64,000 bases of DNA. It comes from Amphiscolops sp. MND2022 (Eukaryota). The DNA lies in the NCBI GenBank assembly GCA_964187785.1, contig OZ076409.1, positions 16,988,001 through 17,052,000 on the forward strand, written 5' to 3'. The translations under genes were made by a program, and so were the position numbers. The notes beneath the pieces are model-generated. The model had not been told where the DNA came from, did not search any database, and worked only from the letters and a program-made list of their open reading frames with translations. Position 1 is the stretch's first letter, and every line of letters begins with the position of its first letter. Below, piece after piece: positions 1 through 12,819 of this stretch.

Positions 1-3000
1 AATCATTTGTTTTCGGCTCGAAGAGCTCGTACTCAAAGTCCGCTTCCCATGAAACGGTATATAAATCATCTTGCGGTATTATTATTGATTCGTCAGGCTG
101 TAATTTTTTGTCTTTATATTTGTCCTCTAGTGGGGCATTAGGAACAAATATTTTGAGCCTGATCCGATGTAAAATCTGCGTCTTGTTTGTATTTAAACGA
201 CGGACGATATAACTGTTATCTGGTAAGACTTTTTGAACGACAAAGGGACCAGTCCATCTGAAGTCCCTGAACGGTATTTTAGAGCCTTGGGTATCAGCTT
301 TCGGTTGAAGAACAAAGCAATAGTCTTTCTCTTGTAGAGGAGCTGCTATGGCCTTGCGGTCGTAATAGGCTTTGTATTTTAAATACGACTGCATGATATT
401 CTTTTTTGTCTGGTCAATGAGGATTTGCGTCCTCTGTTGTAACTCTTCTGCAAATTCGGTTGTCGGTAGGAAGTTTTTATTACGATTATTTCCTAATTTA
501 TGATCAAGAACATTGTAGGGAATTCGGCCATGAAAGACTTTGCTAGGCTCGCATCCAATTCTGGAGTGATAATAAGTGTTATAATTGAGCACAGCTATTG
601 GCAAATACTTGTGCCATTGGCGTCGATATTCTCCGGAGGCCATCTTCAGTGTGGTCTTTAGAGAGGCATGTGTCCTTTCAAGTTTGCCAATAGTTTGAAT
701 GAGTGTTTTGTAGTAGCACATTTCAATGTTATTCCCAATATTTCGGTGATTTCTTCTAAAATCTTGGAGGTAAAAGCGGACTCCTTTGTCTGTGATGAGG
801 GTTGTCAGAAAAATATGAATGTTTTGTCATTATATCAATTATCACCTTGGCTACGTTTACTGCCGTTGCCTCAATTAGCGGGTAGGCGAATAAATATCTT
901 GAAAATACATCTATTGCCGTCATCACTGTTTGGTATCCGCCGCTAGTTGGTAAATTTGGTAATAAATCGATTTGCATGGCGTCTTCTGGACCTAGGTCCC
1001 ATTCAGGCAAGTTCAGTAATTCGGGTGTACATACGTTGTTGGGGACCCTTTTGTCCTTGGCACGTGTTTCGCAGCCTTCTACTTATTTTTTGACGTGTTT
1101 TGCTACACTGGGGTAGTAATATTTTTGCTGAATCTCCTGCAGCATTTTAGAAATGCCGGGATGTCGATGTGCCGTGCCATGTATTGCTTGTAATACTACC
1201 TTGAGTAAGTGCTTTGGTAATAAGATTTGATGGTATTTGATTTGTCCAGTTTCATCATAGTACTGCCGTGTCACGATGTCGTCCTCAAGGACTATTCGGT
1301 CTATATTATTCAAGTAATATTTGTACCGAATGTCTTGTTGCAGGATTTCTTCGGAGTATTCTACCTTCTGGATTTTTGCTTTCAATTGGAGCAAAATCGG
1401 GTCTTTAGATTGTTCTAGTAGTATCTGGTTGGTTCGTCGTAATTTCTGAGTGAAATTGGTAATTTCTTCTACAGTGTTTTCTGATATTGCGTCAATTTGA
1501 ATTATTGTCTCAGGGACCATAAGGCCCTTTTTGGTTTGCCTTTTTCGTTCCCAAATCTGTTCTTCTGTTTCGTTGTCTTCTTCAGTGAAGAAGACTTGCT
1601 CTTCTTCAGACACTCCAGCTGATTGGACATTGACCTCGATCGGTCTGGTTTCCACATCCTCTCGTATTTTCAGGACTAACTTTTCAGTAGGGTCCAGTTC
1701 CATACGGGACAAGTTGTCTGCCGCTGTATTGTTTTTGCCTGGAATATGATCTATTATGAAGTTGAATTGAATGACAAAATCACAAGCGTTCCAGAGCGGC
1801 GGTGGGATTATTTTCGTCTGGAAGAACCCCGTGACCGATTTGTTATCTGTGAGAATAATCACGGGTTGAGGTGTTCCCCAGAAGATATGTCCAAACTCCC
1901 TAAATGCAATATATATAGCTAGGAATTCCTTTGCATATATCGACATTTTGAGCTGAGAGGGAGTGAAAGTTTTGGATCCGTATGCAATTGGCGCATAGGA
2001 CTTCTTGACAGAAGTGTATTTTTGGTTTGGATCATCTTCAGTCAATATGGCGTGACCGCCTGCTGTAAAACTTGAATCAGTCATGAGGACCAGCTGTTTG
2101 TTGGGCAGAGGTTGTTTCAACGCTAATTGGCTGCATCTATCTAGGTCTTGATTGATTTCGTTAAATTGTTCAACTAGCTCTTGGGTCACCAGTACTTTTT
2201 CATCCTTCTTGAGTAGTTGAAAGAATGGCACCAATGTCTCAAATAATCTTGGTATATAGTTTCGATAGTAGTTAACGAACCCGAGGTAACGCTGTAAAGC
2301 CTTCTTGGACTTTAGAAATTTCGATTTTTCCAAGAAGTTGATGATCTGCTCCTTTTGGGGTTTTACTCCATCAGGGGTAATTGTTCTCCCTAAGAAGTTG
2401 ATTTCCTTGGCCCCAAAATGGCACTTGTGCATGGTCAGTTTTAGTCCGGCTTCTCTGATACATTCAAAGGTAGCCCGGAGATTTGCTATCAAGTGTTCGG
2501 CATCATTGGCTGCAATGCCTATATCGTCTACATATTGAGCGCTTTGGTCAGCCCGGAGATTTGCTATCAAGTGTTCGGCATCATTGGCTGCAATGCCTAT
2601 ATCGTCTACATATTGAGCGCATTGGTCAGCTTTGATATCTCGGTCTAAATATTCTCGCATAAAGCTGGAGAAGGCCGAGAGGGCTCGGTTGAGGCCTTGT
2701 GCCAGTCTGCGATAGGAAAAGGTCCTGCTAGCGAAGTTGAAAGCTAACATTTCAACGGACCTCTGGTCCGCCATTGGGAGACAATGATATGCTTGCGAGC
2801 AGTCCAGTTTGCAGAAAAGCTTTTTCCCGGCCATTTGCTGCGCGGCGTCTGTCAGGGTACTGACTGGATGATTGTTATTGATATAATCATCTGATATGAG
2901 ATTATTAATTTTCCTCAAGTCAACCAGCAGTCTTACCTTGCCATTGGGTTTTTTCTGGGCGAGATAGGGCTGGCATACTTTGAGAATGGTAATGTCGTTA

Positions 3001-4259
3001 TAATACCATATTTATGAAGTAAAGCCAGTTCGACCAGTATGTCCTCTTTGAGGTTGACTGGAGTAGGTAAGCTCTGGCTATAGGCAGGTGATTCGTCTTT
3101 CGGGGTCAATTCGACCGTAAATTCTTCGTTGACGCCGATATCAAATCTGTGGCGAGCGAAGATGTCGTGGAATTCTACCATGAGAGCTTCTATTTGTTTG
3201 ATCTCATGCTGTTGTAGCATTGAGTCTTCCCAGTCAAAATTGCTGAGAAATTTTCGCCTTGAGTCAGCATTGTGGGTTGAGTTTTTCTATTGCCTCCAGG
3301 TTACGTATTTCCTTGAGAATTCTTTGTTGAATAGGCGTGTGCGACGCTTCGTTTCCTGGGTTTTCAGGCGTCGGGAACCAATACTGTTCGTATTGGTCGT
3401 TATTTCTATTGGCTTTGAGGAGACTACTAATGTAGTAGATAGCATCTTCCTCATTCTCGTTCAATAAATGCCAGGTGGACACCGGGTCTATCGGCCTGAC
3501 ATGTTTCATTTGCTCAGGAGTCATTACTGAGAAATTTGCAATATGTAACTCTTTTTTCAGTTCGTAGGGTTGATCAGTGAAGTTATTGACGTGTATCCTC
3601 ATAGTCCCTTCGTGCAAAGTGACTATGGCGGCGCAAAATGTGACGTCGCTTTCTTCGTGTAGGAGGTCACTGGGTTGTAATATCCCCGTTACTGCATTTT
3701 CTGCATAAATTTGGGACTGGATCGCAAGGACCGCAAGGTCGTTCGGAGGTATCGTGACGTCTTCAGGATTGAGAATGGGTTCCATTACATTTGAATATTT
3801 GTGGACAGCCGTTTTTAATTGCATTGAGAAGAATGGAAAGTTAAGTATACCTTGGCGCATATCTAGGACGGTGTGGTTCCTTTGAAGGAACATCAGTCCA
3901 TTTATGCGGCTTGACAATTTTTCCATTACTATGAAAATTTCATGGAATTCTATGTCTCCCACTTCAAATTTTAATTCGACAGTGCTCTTTGAGGTTTCTA
4001 GATCTCCGTTTGCGACCAATATTTGGAAAGACGGAGCATGTCCTTATTTCACTATCGATTGAGGGGCCAACAGGCGTATTTTCCTGAGGTCAGCCTCTGG
4101 TATTGCACTGGAGTTGGCCCCAGTGTCAATTAGGCCGTCTAGAGTTAGTTCCCCAAAATCCCTTAAAAAATAAAGCATTCGTCGTTTATATTTGAGTCCA
4201 AGGCTTGTTGAAAGGGGAACGTATGATGGTTTTCCTTCTTTGGCCACTAAAAGATGCAA
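1..4259 (-). pseudogene. pol: pol polyprotein (PR-RT-RH-IN), frameshifted
   Basis: ORFs 4044-4259 (DTG), 3264-4019, 2933-3220, 1083-2918 (RT, RNase H, IN zinc-binding region) and 756-1010 (IN core); coding-like sequence continues to base 1. Confidence 0.93.
2472..2630. repeat. 78-bp tandem duplication within RT
   Basis: AGCCCGGAG... at 2472 and 2550, one mismatch; translates as two copies of ADQ(C/S)AQYVDDIGIAANDAEHLIANLR. Confidence 0.97.
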
Positions 4260-5762
4260 GAAAGTCGTTTCGTCTGAAAGGCTATTAGGAGCCTTGCGGA
4301 TTTCCTGTTGGTGAGTTCTTTTTCAATTTGGAGCAGATCTTGTAGAAGTGGCCTGTGGCTTTACAATAAGAGCAATGTGCGTCCTGGATGGTGTTTATAC
4401 CATTAGACAGCAAATTGCTGTTATAAGTGGACGCAGAGGCCATTGTTGATATTGGTAGGTCATCTGACTCTTCCAATGCATTAAGTTCAAGCTCTCTTTC
4501 AAGATGAGGAACGATCTCTTCATAGGTTCCGTTCTCCAATCGGGCTATGTTGACAGATCGTTTCAATTTTGGAGGCAGTTTGGCGTATAACAAGCTGTCA
4601 ACCATACTTTTAGCATTCTCACCAATTGCTTTTTCTGCCCCTGGTTCAGTTCCTTCAAGAAATCCGGCAATTTCATGGTATTCGGGTCAAATGTCAGCCG
4701 ATGCCATTTGAGTTTTGCCGTTGCTTGGGATTCGGGTTTTACATATATCCTCCGGAATATGACTAACACGTCTTTTAGTGTCTGGCGGTTTATGGAATTT
4801 ATGTTTCTGAATGTCTGCAGGGCCCCTTTCCTGAGCAAGGAATGAAAGTGGTTAATTTTCATTTGCTCTGTCATGGCCAGTTGCATTTTAATCATCGTGT
4901 GGAACAGATCTTCAAAGAGTTCGAATTTTTCACTCTTTACGTCAAACGTCATAGGCGTTGTTTGTACAGGTCGGATAGTCATCGTTTGTGGTTTGTTTTG
5001 CAAGTTGACTATTACGCCTGCCAATCAGTTCAAAGGGTCCTGGGGAGTCTCAGGAACCACTGTTTCTGGGGCTGGCAGGGTGGTGTCCAAAGAGACATTG
5101 TGGTTAGATTGCTGTCTCTCCAGGTTTGGGATTGAGTGGATTCGTCCAGTGAAAAATTCGGGAATTGGCTGTTGAGCTTCGTTAGCTCCTGTCACCATGT
5201 AATGACCTCGCCCCGTGGCGTCTCTCAAGTCACCAACGGACCGGGAGTCCTTTTTCAATTTTTTTGTCTTCAAGCCGGATGAGTTTTCCCTATTCTCTTG
5301 GCTGCTAGGGGACAAACTAGCCTCAGTGTCCCTATTCCCTGAAGATGACATTGAACTCACAATGTTTTGAATTTCTTAAATCACCCTTTCTGATATGGCA
5401 GCACTTAGCGCTCTGTTTATTTGATTGTGAACCATGGTCATCATGGAATCCAATTCTTGAGATAACCTAACGTTGAACTCATTCGAAAAGGTCTTAAAGG
5501 ACTGTCTTACATCACTTTGCCCAAGAGGTTCATCTTCCTGCGTAAAGTTCCTGTAATTGGCCCTATGAAATTCATTAGCCTCATAATCTCCTTGAGTAGA
5601 GGATTGTTCTATTGCATCAGCTAGTTCCCTTTCAATAGGGTTTTCATTCCCATTTCCCAACATTACGTCTAGATTATCTATATCAGACATCATGTCCATT
5701 TCCCTAGACTTTCTAGCTTTGGCCTTTTGTCTTATTGTGGAAGGCATAAGAGATTGTTGCAA
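4260..5762 (-). pseudogene. gag: gag polyprotein, interrupted
   Basis: ORF pieces 5376-5762, 5025-5360, 4563-5024 and 4285-4605 are joined by two in-frame stops and a frameshift; capsid-like helical region and CCHC knuckle. Confidence 0.85.
5180..5197 (-). promoter_or_regulatory. primer binding site (TGGTGACAGGAG...)
   Basis: TGG directly after the LTR terminal CA; the TGGTGAC start resembles tRNA-Trp-type PBSs (tRNA identity not confirmed). Confidence 0.6.
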
Positions 5763-5987
5763 GGGGAAATATTTGAATTAATTTCTATCTTGCAAAACAG
5801 ATTTTAGGCTGATTTTACTTTGAACTTAACAAGGCAAACGGTAACAACAATTGTGTCTCTGGACCTAAGGTCCATTGTATATATACTGAAAGTTACATGA
5901 CAATCAAATTTCAGCGGGTCACGGAACTAAAAATAGCTCATGTCACGTCTAAAAATAGCGCTGCTATTTATAGTTACTAGGGTAACA
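5198..5987 (-). repeat. 5' LTR (~790 bp) of the Gypsy element
   Basis: Minus strand starts TGTTAC at 5987 and ends ...CATTACA at 5198, immediately followed by a TGG-starting PBS. The partner LTR is outside the window, so the outer boundary is unconfirmed. Confidence 0.65.
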
Positions 5988-7497
5988 TGACGTAGGGTCC
6001 ACATCAAAGGGATAGCACCGCCAATTTTCCTATAAATGTAGACAGACGTTGAGGCTAAGTGACCTACAAGGCCTTGTGAATATATATTTGGATGTAATAC
6101 AACACTTCATGTGAACATATTTAATCATCAATGATTTACATGTAAGGCTGCGTGCGTCTAAATATTCATGGAGGATATTAATCTCAGGCGACAGATAGTA
6201 CAAATGATCCACTAGTTTCAATCAAAAGGGCAAATTGCAAGGAGTACTACTCATATTTATTATTAAATACAGCAAATTACTCCTTTCATTCTAATTTGGA
6301 CTCAGTGTCCACGCGTCGTTATTAAACAGCAAACTGCCGCCAGCAGACGGCATATGGCCCTTGAGTCTTTCAATTAAGGTACTGCATAGAGCGAATGAAT
6401 GAGTGGATGAATGAACACTGCGCTGTAATTGGTCGAGAAATTGGACGGACAGCGCGTCCGGCAAGACAGGAGAGGAAACATTTGAACTCGTTTCCTCTAC
6501 CTGTACGCCTTGGTGTCCAATTTCTCAACTAATGTATCCGAATTATCATTTTTATATACGCTAATACACTAAAATCAACTTTAGAATAATCAAAATATTA
6601 CAGTGCTATTTCCGGTTAACTACTGCACAAAATTCTAGATTTAAAGCCGTTTAAATCCAAAAACAGAACAGTAAGTATATGAAAAATAAATTACAACAAA
6701 ATAAGTTTGTAGTTCGTTCCTTTATGACCGCAGGACACACAGTCCTTTTCTTCAATTTATTGGCAGTGTACAAGGGAGAACGTCATAATTGTACCCAATC
6801 GAGTACCAATTTCCGTCACAGGCGGCAGCTTGCGACAATGATGATTTTAGCATTTGTGCAGGGGTTCTTCTTGTTACTTTTGTCTTTTTCGGGTTTGCAC
6901 GAGCGTCTCTTGTCTTCCCATGGGGTGCTGGTGGATGACGGGTGTGTGTTCTGCGTGTCGATCTGTCGTTTCCGTCTTCCCAACTGATTTTTGGGTACCT
7001 GTCCTGTTGAGCATGACTTCTTCGAATTTTTCAAAAGTTTTGAAAGGTTCGTCCACCAAACTGGTTGATGTTACACTAAGTCGAACTTTGATAATATTTC
7101 CCTTTATCTCGAAATGTCTTTATAACAGTCCTCGTTTGCTCGCGAATCGATTGGCTCTTTGATCACGTTTAGTATTTCTTTCAATAGCTTTTTCGTTGGT
7201 TTCTCGATGGCATTGAAATTGTCTACAGAAGTTTGAAGAAACCGCTTTCCGCACAGCTATAATGGATTAAATCAAACTAAATTTCTTATGTGGTATTTAC
7301 CTTTTTTGTAACAAGTGGCTGCTGCCTGTTCAGTGGTTTTGATGTCTAGAATGATTCGAGGTGGCTAAACATGCTTTGAGAAGTTCTTAAAATTAGATTG
7401 ATAAATCGACTGAAAGTTTCTATTACAGGTTTTTCAGTTTTCAGAAAGTGCTGTAGATATTCAAGCATTTCCGTTGCAACATTAAAAAATTGGCAAG

Positions 7498-8153
7498 ATG
7501 ACAACCCCACGACCTCTGAAATTCAAGGAACATCCCGAATACCCCTTCTTTGCAACCGAAGTCACCATCGACCCCGATCCTCGACCGGTTGTGGACGGAA
7601 CGTTTTACTCTATCATGACAACCAGACTCGGCATATCTTCTTATCTAAGTATCCAAAACGTGATAATGAACTTTCTACTACTGACGTTCCTTTTCACTGC
7701 GAAAGAATTTCGCAATTGGCAGTTCTTTCCATTGATGATGCAAGCATCAGTTGATATCATGGGTCCTGGAATAAGCAACTTAATTTTCGAATGGTTGTTA
7801 AATCGGCAGTGGCCTGTAATCGAAGACTACCTTACCGACAACGTATTCCTCAGAAGACCTTTGATAAAAGAATCCTACACTATGCAAACAATTTATGGAA
7901 TTTTCCCTTGTTTTTTAATGCAACTCAGATGTCTTTTGAACGAATACAGTACCGGATATTGTCTTTTAGTTACTGCTTTCTATCGATATCTGCTCGTATG
8001 TCACCCAACTTTCAAATTGGGTCCCAGTGTTTACAAAGCAATGGCCCTAGTTTTAGTCTCTTTACCGGTATTGGGGATTACATCTAGTTGTTTGGACATA
8101 ATTTGGAACCCATATCTTAACAATTTCTACGATTACATGATACCAGTTAACAG
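7498..8153 (+). CDS. class A (rhodopsin-like) GPCR, exon 1 (TM1-TM4)
   Basis: TM1 Asn (VIMNFLLL), TM2 Asp (QASVD), TM3 Cys and YRY..VCHP (DRY-like), TM4; ends at donor CAG|GTAGAT (8153/8154). Confidence 0.8.
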
Positions 8154-8615
8154 GTAGATGATAAAAACTGATATAAATCACTTGAAACTGCTGGAACTAC
8201 TAGCAATGGTCCATAGCTAAGTCGAGCAACCTGTGATTTTGAGACTTGATCAAATTTTTACTAAGTTGGACTAAACGAAGCGAGTTTTCTGAAATCACGA
8301 AAAAAAGCAATGAAAACGATTTATTGACGATAGGTCTGAATTGTATAAGATCCTGTCAGAGTGAGATGGGGGTTTTTAAAAGAAATATTTTCCAACCATT
8401 ATCTCTTTTCAACCAAAAAAAAATCCGACGAAATGTTTACCTGACGTCAATCAAGTACAGTATTTCAGATGGAATGAACAGAAATCGAATGAAGCGTGTT
8501 ACGGGTCGCGTTCGATCCGCTGTTATGAAAACTATTTATCCTAACAGAATTTGTAGGGATATAAAACACCCTAGTTTGGCTTCACTGAGCAGGTTCGTTG
8601 TTTTTCGTTTCCACG

Positions 8616-10036
8616 TGTGATAATCCTCCTCATCGGATACTTCGTTAGCGATAACTGTTGCATCTACCGTTTTATCATTTTGTTGTATAGGTTTCGCGGG
8701 ATGCCTTAATTCTCTCATTTCTGAGGCTTTGAGGGGGTTATCTTCGTTTTCAGAGTCTAGACTTTCATTATCAGATGCGTTTACTCCCACAGACCTTTTA
8801 CCCCCGGATCCCGATGGTTGTATGTTCCCAATTTTGTTCATTTCTGATCTGGGATTGGTTGTCATAGATGTGCTTTTACTAGTTTTTATCTCCATCAGAA
8901 TCGCATCTAGTTTGTTCTCCATTTCCTCTCGCATCTTAGTAATTCTATCGTTGTTTTTCTGTTCAAAATTCTCGGTCCAAGCTTGAATTTCATTTCTGAC
9001 TTGGCTTCAACTAGTCTGGGTCTCAGATCAAACTCACCTAAACTTTCTTGACTTTGTAAACTAACACTAGTTAAAGTTCCATTACCTTGGCTTGGAGTTC
9101 CAACACAAATTTGTTTCTCTCTCCGGGGACGTAGTCTCTAACCTTCTGGACCTTCGATTCCTCCTGTTTCCCATTTTGCTCAACAGAAAAATTGGATTGA
9201 AGTGCTGAAAGAATTTGAATTTATTCGTCCATGTTGTGAAAACAGTTCGGATGAAACAAAGAGTTATCAAAGAGACTGCTTTTGCAGTGTTTGGGTGGTT
9301 TACTGTTTTGAAACAACTGTCTCTGGTACCAGTTATAAATCAACTGCACTTATACAAATGAAAAATCATAAAGCATGACACTCAATTTTAGAGTTGTCAG
9401 TGATTCAGAAATGCTATAAATAGACTAACGTCGGGGTGACATAATTCTATTTATAACTTACAAATAGTGATTTCATGACTTCCAAAATTATGACTGTACG
9501 AAAGCAACGAGTCCCTGGAAAACTGTAGGATGCCGCATATACATCATCCAGTTTTCCGCATAGTGACGTATGATCCACTCTTATTAAAAGCACGAAAAAT
9601 ACATGTTTTAAGCACAAATCCGCAGGATGACGCTTATACGTCACTCGAAATACCGCATAATGACGCATACTCATCAACACTAAACTCACATAGTAACGTG
9701 TCATTGACAATCTCTTCACAATATTAGTTCAGAAATAGCATCAAACCTTTCTAAATCCAAAGTTTAACATTGCATATGATCATTCATGTCAACAAAGGAT
9801 GAAAGCATCAATGTTTAGGCACTTTGGGCATTGAACTACTAAGACTAAAATTTTACATGACTCTTCCAAAACACGAACTGAAAACTAAAGCAACATGAAA
9901 AGTAAAAAGAGAGAAGCTTAGGAATGTTTGAGAGTTTCGGATCTTTGAGTTGTTCGTACTTCCTTTTGAAGCTGATTTACTGTTCTCGTTTAAGGTTGTT
10001 GCCCAACAGCTCCAGCACAACTGTGGGGTTGTGACA
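8616..10036 (-). mobile_element. solo LTR (1421 bp) of a related Gypsy family
   Basis: TG...CA termini and a perfect 5-bp TSD CCACG (8611-8615, 10037-10041). Contains an ORF (MGNRRNRRSRR...EEDYH) ending at the LTR 3' end, as in the element at 5198. Confidence 0.8.
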
Positions 10037-12819
10037 CCACGTTTCAAGAGTTTTAACAGTTCTCTTTGGTTTTGTACTGACCCTGTTTATATCTACAATG
10101 TATTCTCTTCTTTTAGAGACCCCCGCATCTCTTCCAGTTGATTGTTCTCTTCTCTGGAGGAATTTAGGTCAGACGAGCTCGCTACCATGACGTCCTGCTC
10201 GCCTATTTCTTCATTTTCGACCAAAACAGCAGAATCTAAGCCTGAGCTTACCGTTTCTGTAGGACTGTTTTTCTTTTCTGCCTTCTTGTTGATATCTCGA
10301 TCAAGAACAATTTGTTTTCAAAATTCAACTTCAGTGTTCTGAGTACTTTGTTCTTGCTACGGCAAAAATGGCAAGATTCAACGTTCCAAAGCAAAAGTGT
10401 GTACACCCTACCAGCATTATTTGTGCGTACAATCGTACCTTAAAAATTCCTGAAACGTTAGTCAAATCCAAAAATTCTGTGACAAAATTCATTTAGTTCA
10501 CCAATCTGCGTCGACTTTCTTTCTGTTAAGCAGGAAGTAGATTTTACTGCTCGTAGTCAAACTGGAAAAGTTTTCACTGAGATATCTTGTTTTGCTTTTC
10601 GATTTGGCGGGGAAACTGACTCCGCGCTTACGCTGACGTGAACAACCAATGTTCAAATCTTAGAGTTTAGATGGAATTCGAGTCCGCCTTCAAACAAAAA
10701 TTTTGATGATGCCAAGGAATGGAAAACTTTATTCAAGTTACATTTGGCTAATTATTCATTTGCAAAAGTTTAAAGAATAACAAAACCCACAAACAACAAA
10801 TTGCAGTGATACTAAAAGTAGCATAAAGGAACTAAGTAAGCAACTTCAAGCGACGACGTACTTTCTTCAAGCAATTTATGAACTAGTATAGGCAATGAGT
10901 ACAAATAGAAACGTGTTATTGATGAAATCGAGGCTTTCCAGGAATATCAAAAGTGGTAAAAGTCTCCGGCCCCATTCATTATCTAACTGTGTGAATGTGG
11001 AAAATATCATACGATTTCAACAAATTCACAATTGTGAAATGTAATTCCATTAGCGTTCACTTCGCAAGCGTCTAATACTTCAATTTGATGATAAGCTTCC
11101 TCTTTTGATCTTTAGTTAACTTATGTCAGAAATGTTGAAACTTAGTTTGACGAAAAATATTAACCTGAATTTCAACTCCCTTTCTATTCCAACTTTATTC
11201 GACAGAATACCAAAGCAACAGTATGTTTTTCCAATTTCATTCATAATTGTTGATAAATTATTTGTTGTAATTCAAAATCTGTCCTAGTGACTCTATTTGC
11301 GACTTAGCGTTGACTTATAATCAAATTCAATCTTAACTAGCACCCCTATCACCGTAGTGCCGACGTAATTTGAAATACATTTTTGATTAACATCCCCTAC
11401 CGATGGAGTGATATCAATCAGGCCTAGCGACTGTTCCTGTGACGTAGTATCGAAGCACTTTGGAACATCTAGCTGCACTTTGACGGGACTAAGACGGCAT
11501 TGCCCTATTATCTGCAATCCGTCTACGTCGTACTGTCATCACACGTGTCATTGTCTCGGCATCCGCCGCCACTAGTTGTTTATATAAGATACTTTAATTG
11601 TTCTAAACTTCAAAAACTGCGTTTCAAATTGCATTTAAGCTGCCTTTATCAGAAGATGTGATGCTCTTTTGTTCAAATCTTTGATTTATATTTCTTTTTA
11701 GATCTGACTATGGCAATTTGCAATCGTGTATTTCAATTATGTTTTTCGGGCGGATCAACTATGTTTCCGCCGTAATTGAGCGGAAATGCATGAAATAACT
11801 TCACTATTTGTTTGTTTTGATATCTTGTTCGTATTTTAGACTTTAATGATTTTGGACTAGCCATAGCCTTTTTATTAGATCAGTTAAATTATAATATATT
11901 CCTACCTGCCTCGTCATGCATCCGTGCGCTCTCCCGGTTTCGGTGCCTCTATATCCGCAGTCCAGTCCGGGTGCGGATTGTGACAAAACGCCATAATTTT
12001 TTTTCACCAGATATAGAGGAGGGCTCGAACCCAACAGGGAGACTGTTTCTATTAGTTTTGTTTTTAAAAGTTATAAATTTCATTTTGTCAGTGAAACACT
12101 TTTTGAGAGACGTACAAAAACGCTATTATTTCGGACAAAGTTGAAGAATTCCGGACGAACTTCCAATAGATGCCGAATTGTAACCATTTTTTAACAGTCA
12201 GCAAATCAACTTTAACTTCACTATCCCTTCTTTCCTTTCCCTTCTTTTTATGTGCGGTTCAAGAGCTTATTTGGTTTGCTCTTTCTCCAAACCTTTCCAA
12301 CCTGATGAACAGCATCCTGACACTTTCGATCGATTACGTGACCTGATTTTTCCTCGAAAAGGACTCGAACCGTAGGAATTGTCCTTTCAGAGGTTTTCAT
12401 TGACAGGGCACGTGCTTTTCAAGGAGATACTCTAGTGAAATGAGGCTTAATTGTAATTTCCCCCATGGCTTCCTTATTACGATTTTCAGAAAATGGATGC
12501 GACTCTCAAGACATTACACGTCGTCAAATGTTCAGCTAAATTAAATACCATTTTCCTGCATTGAACAATAAAAATGCAACAATTTTTTACCAGTCTTTAT
12601 TGTGTTCTCCAGCTTTTCAAACGAAAACTCGTTTGATGCAGAAAGAAAAGGCAACTTAACGTCTGATGCATTTTGTCGATGCATCGATTAAAAAAACAAA
12701 AACGCGTTTTAGAAAGTTGGACTGCATTCTGCAACTCAGTGTGGGTTCAGCATGTACTCAAAAAGAGTTTAAATTTGAAAATAATATTTTGGTACAATTT
12801 TAGAACGTGAGGTTTGCAG

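Larger units (their letters stand above)
1..5987 (-). mobile_element. Ty3/Gypsy LTR retrotransposon, decayed, 3' part runs off the window
   Basis: Minus-strand order LTR-PBS-gag-PR-RT-RNaseH-IN (Gypsy order). Motifs: Zn knuckle CSYCKATGHFYKIC, protease LIDTGA, RT YVDD, RNase H TDSS/EFLA/TDNK, integrase HRHPG and QIDL...IDVFSRY. Several stops and frameshifts. Confidence 0.95.

Noticed and set aside
6005-6023. Alternative PBS (TGGCGGTG... on the minus strand)
   Set aside because: Not preceded by an LTR-terminal CA and it lies outside the inferred LTR.
8616-9440. Shorter solo-LTR boundary at TGTCAC (9440)
   Set aside because: No TSD at that position, whereas the boundary at 10036 gives a perfect 5-bp TSD.
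10042-10450. Possible LINE ORF1 (coiled coil or PHD) remnant interrupted by the solo LTR
   Set aside because: Too many stops and no diagnostic motif could be read with confidence.
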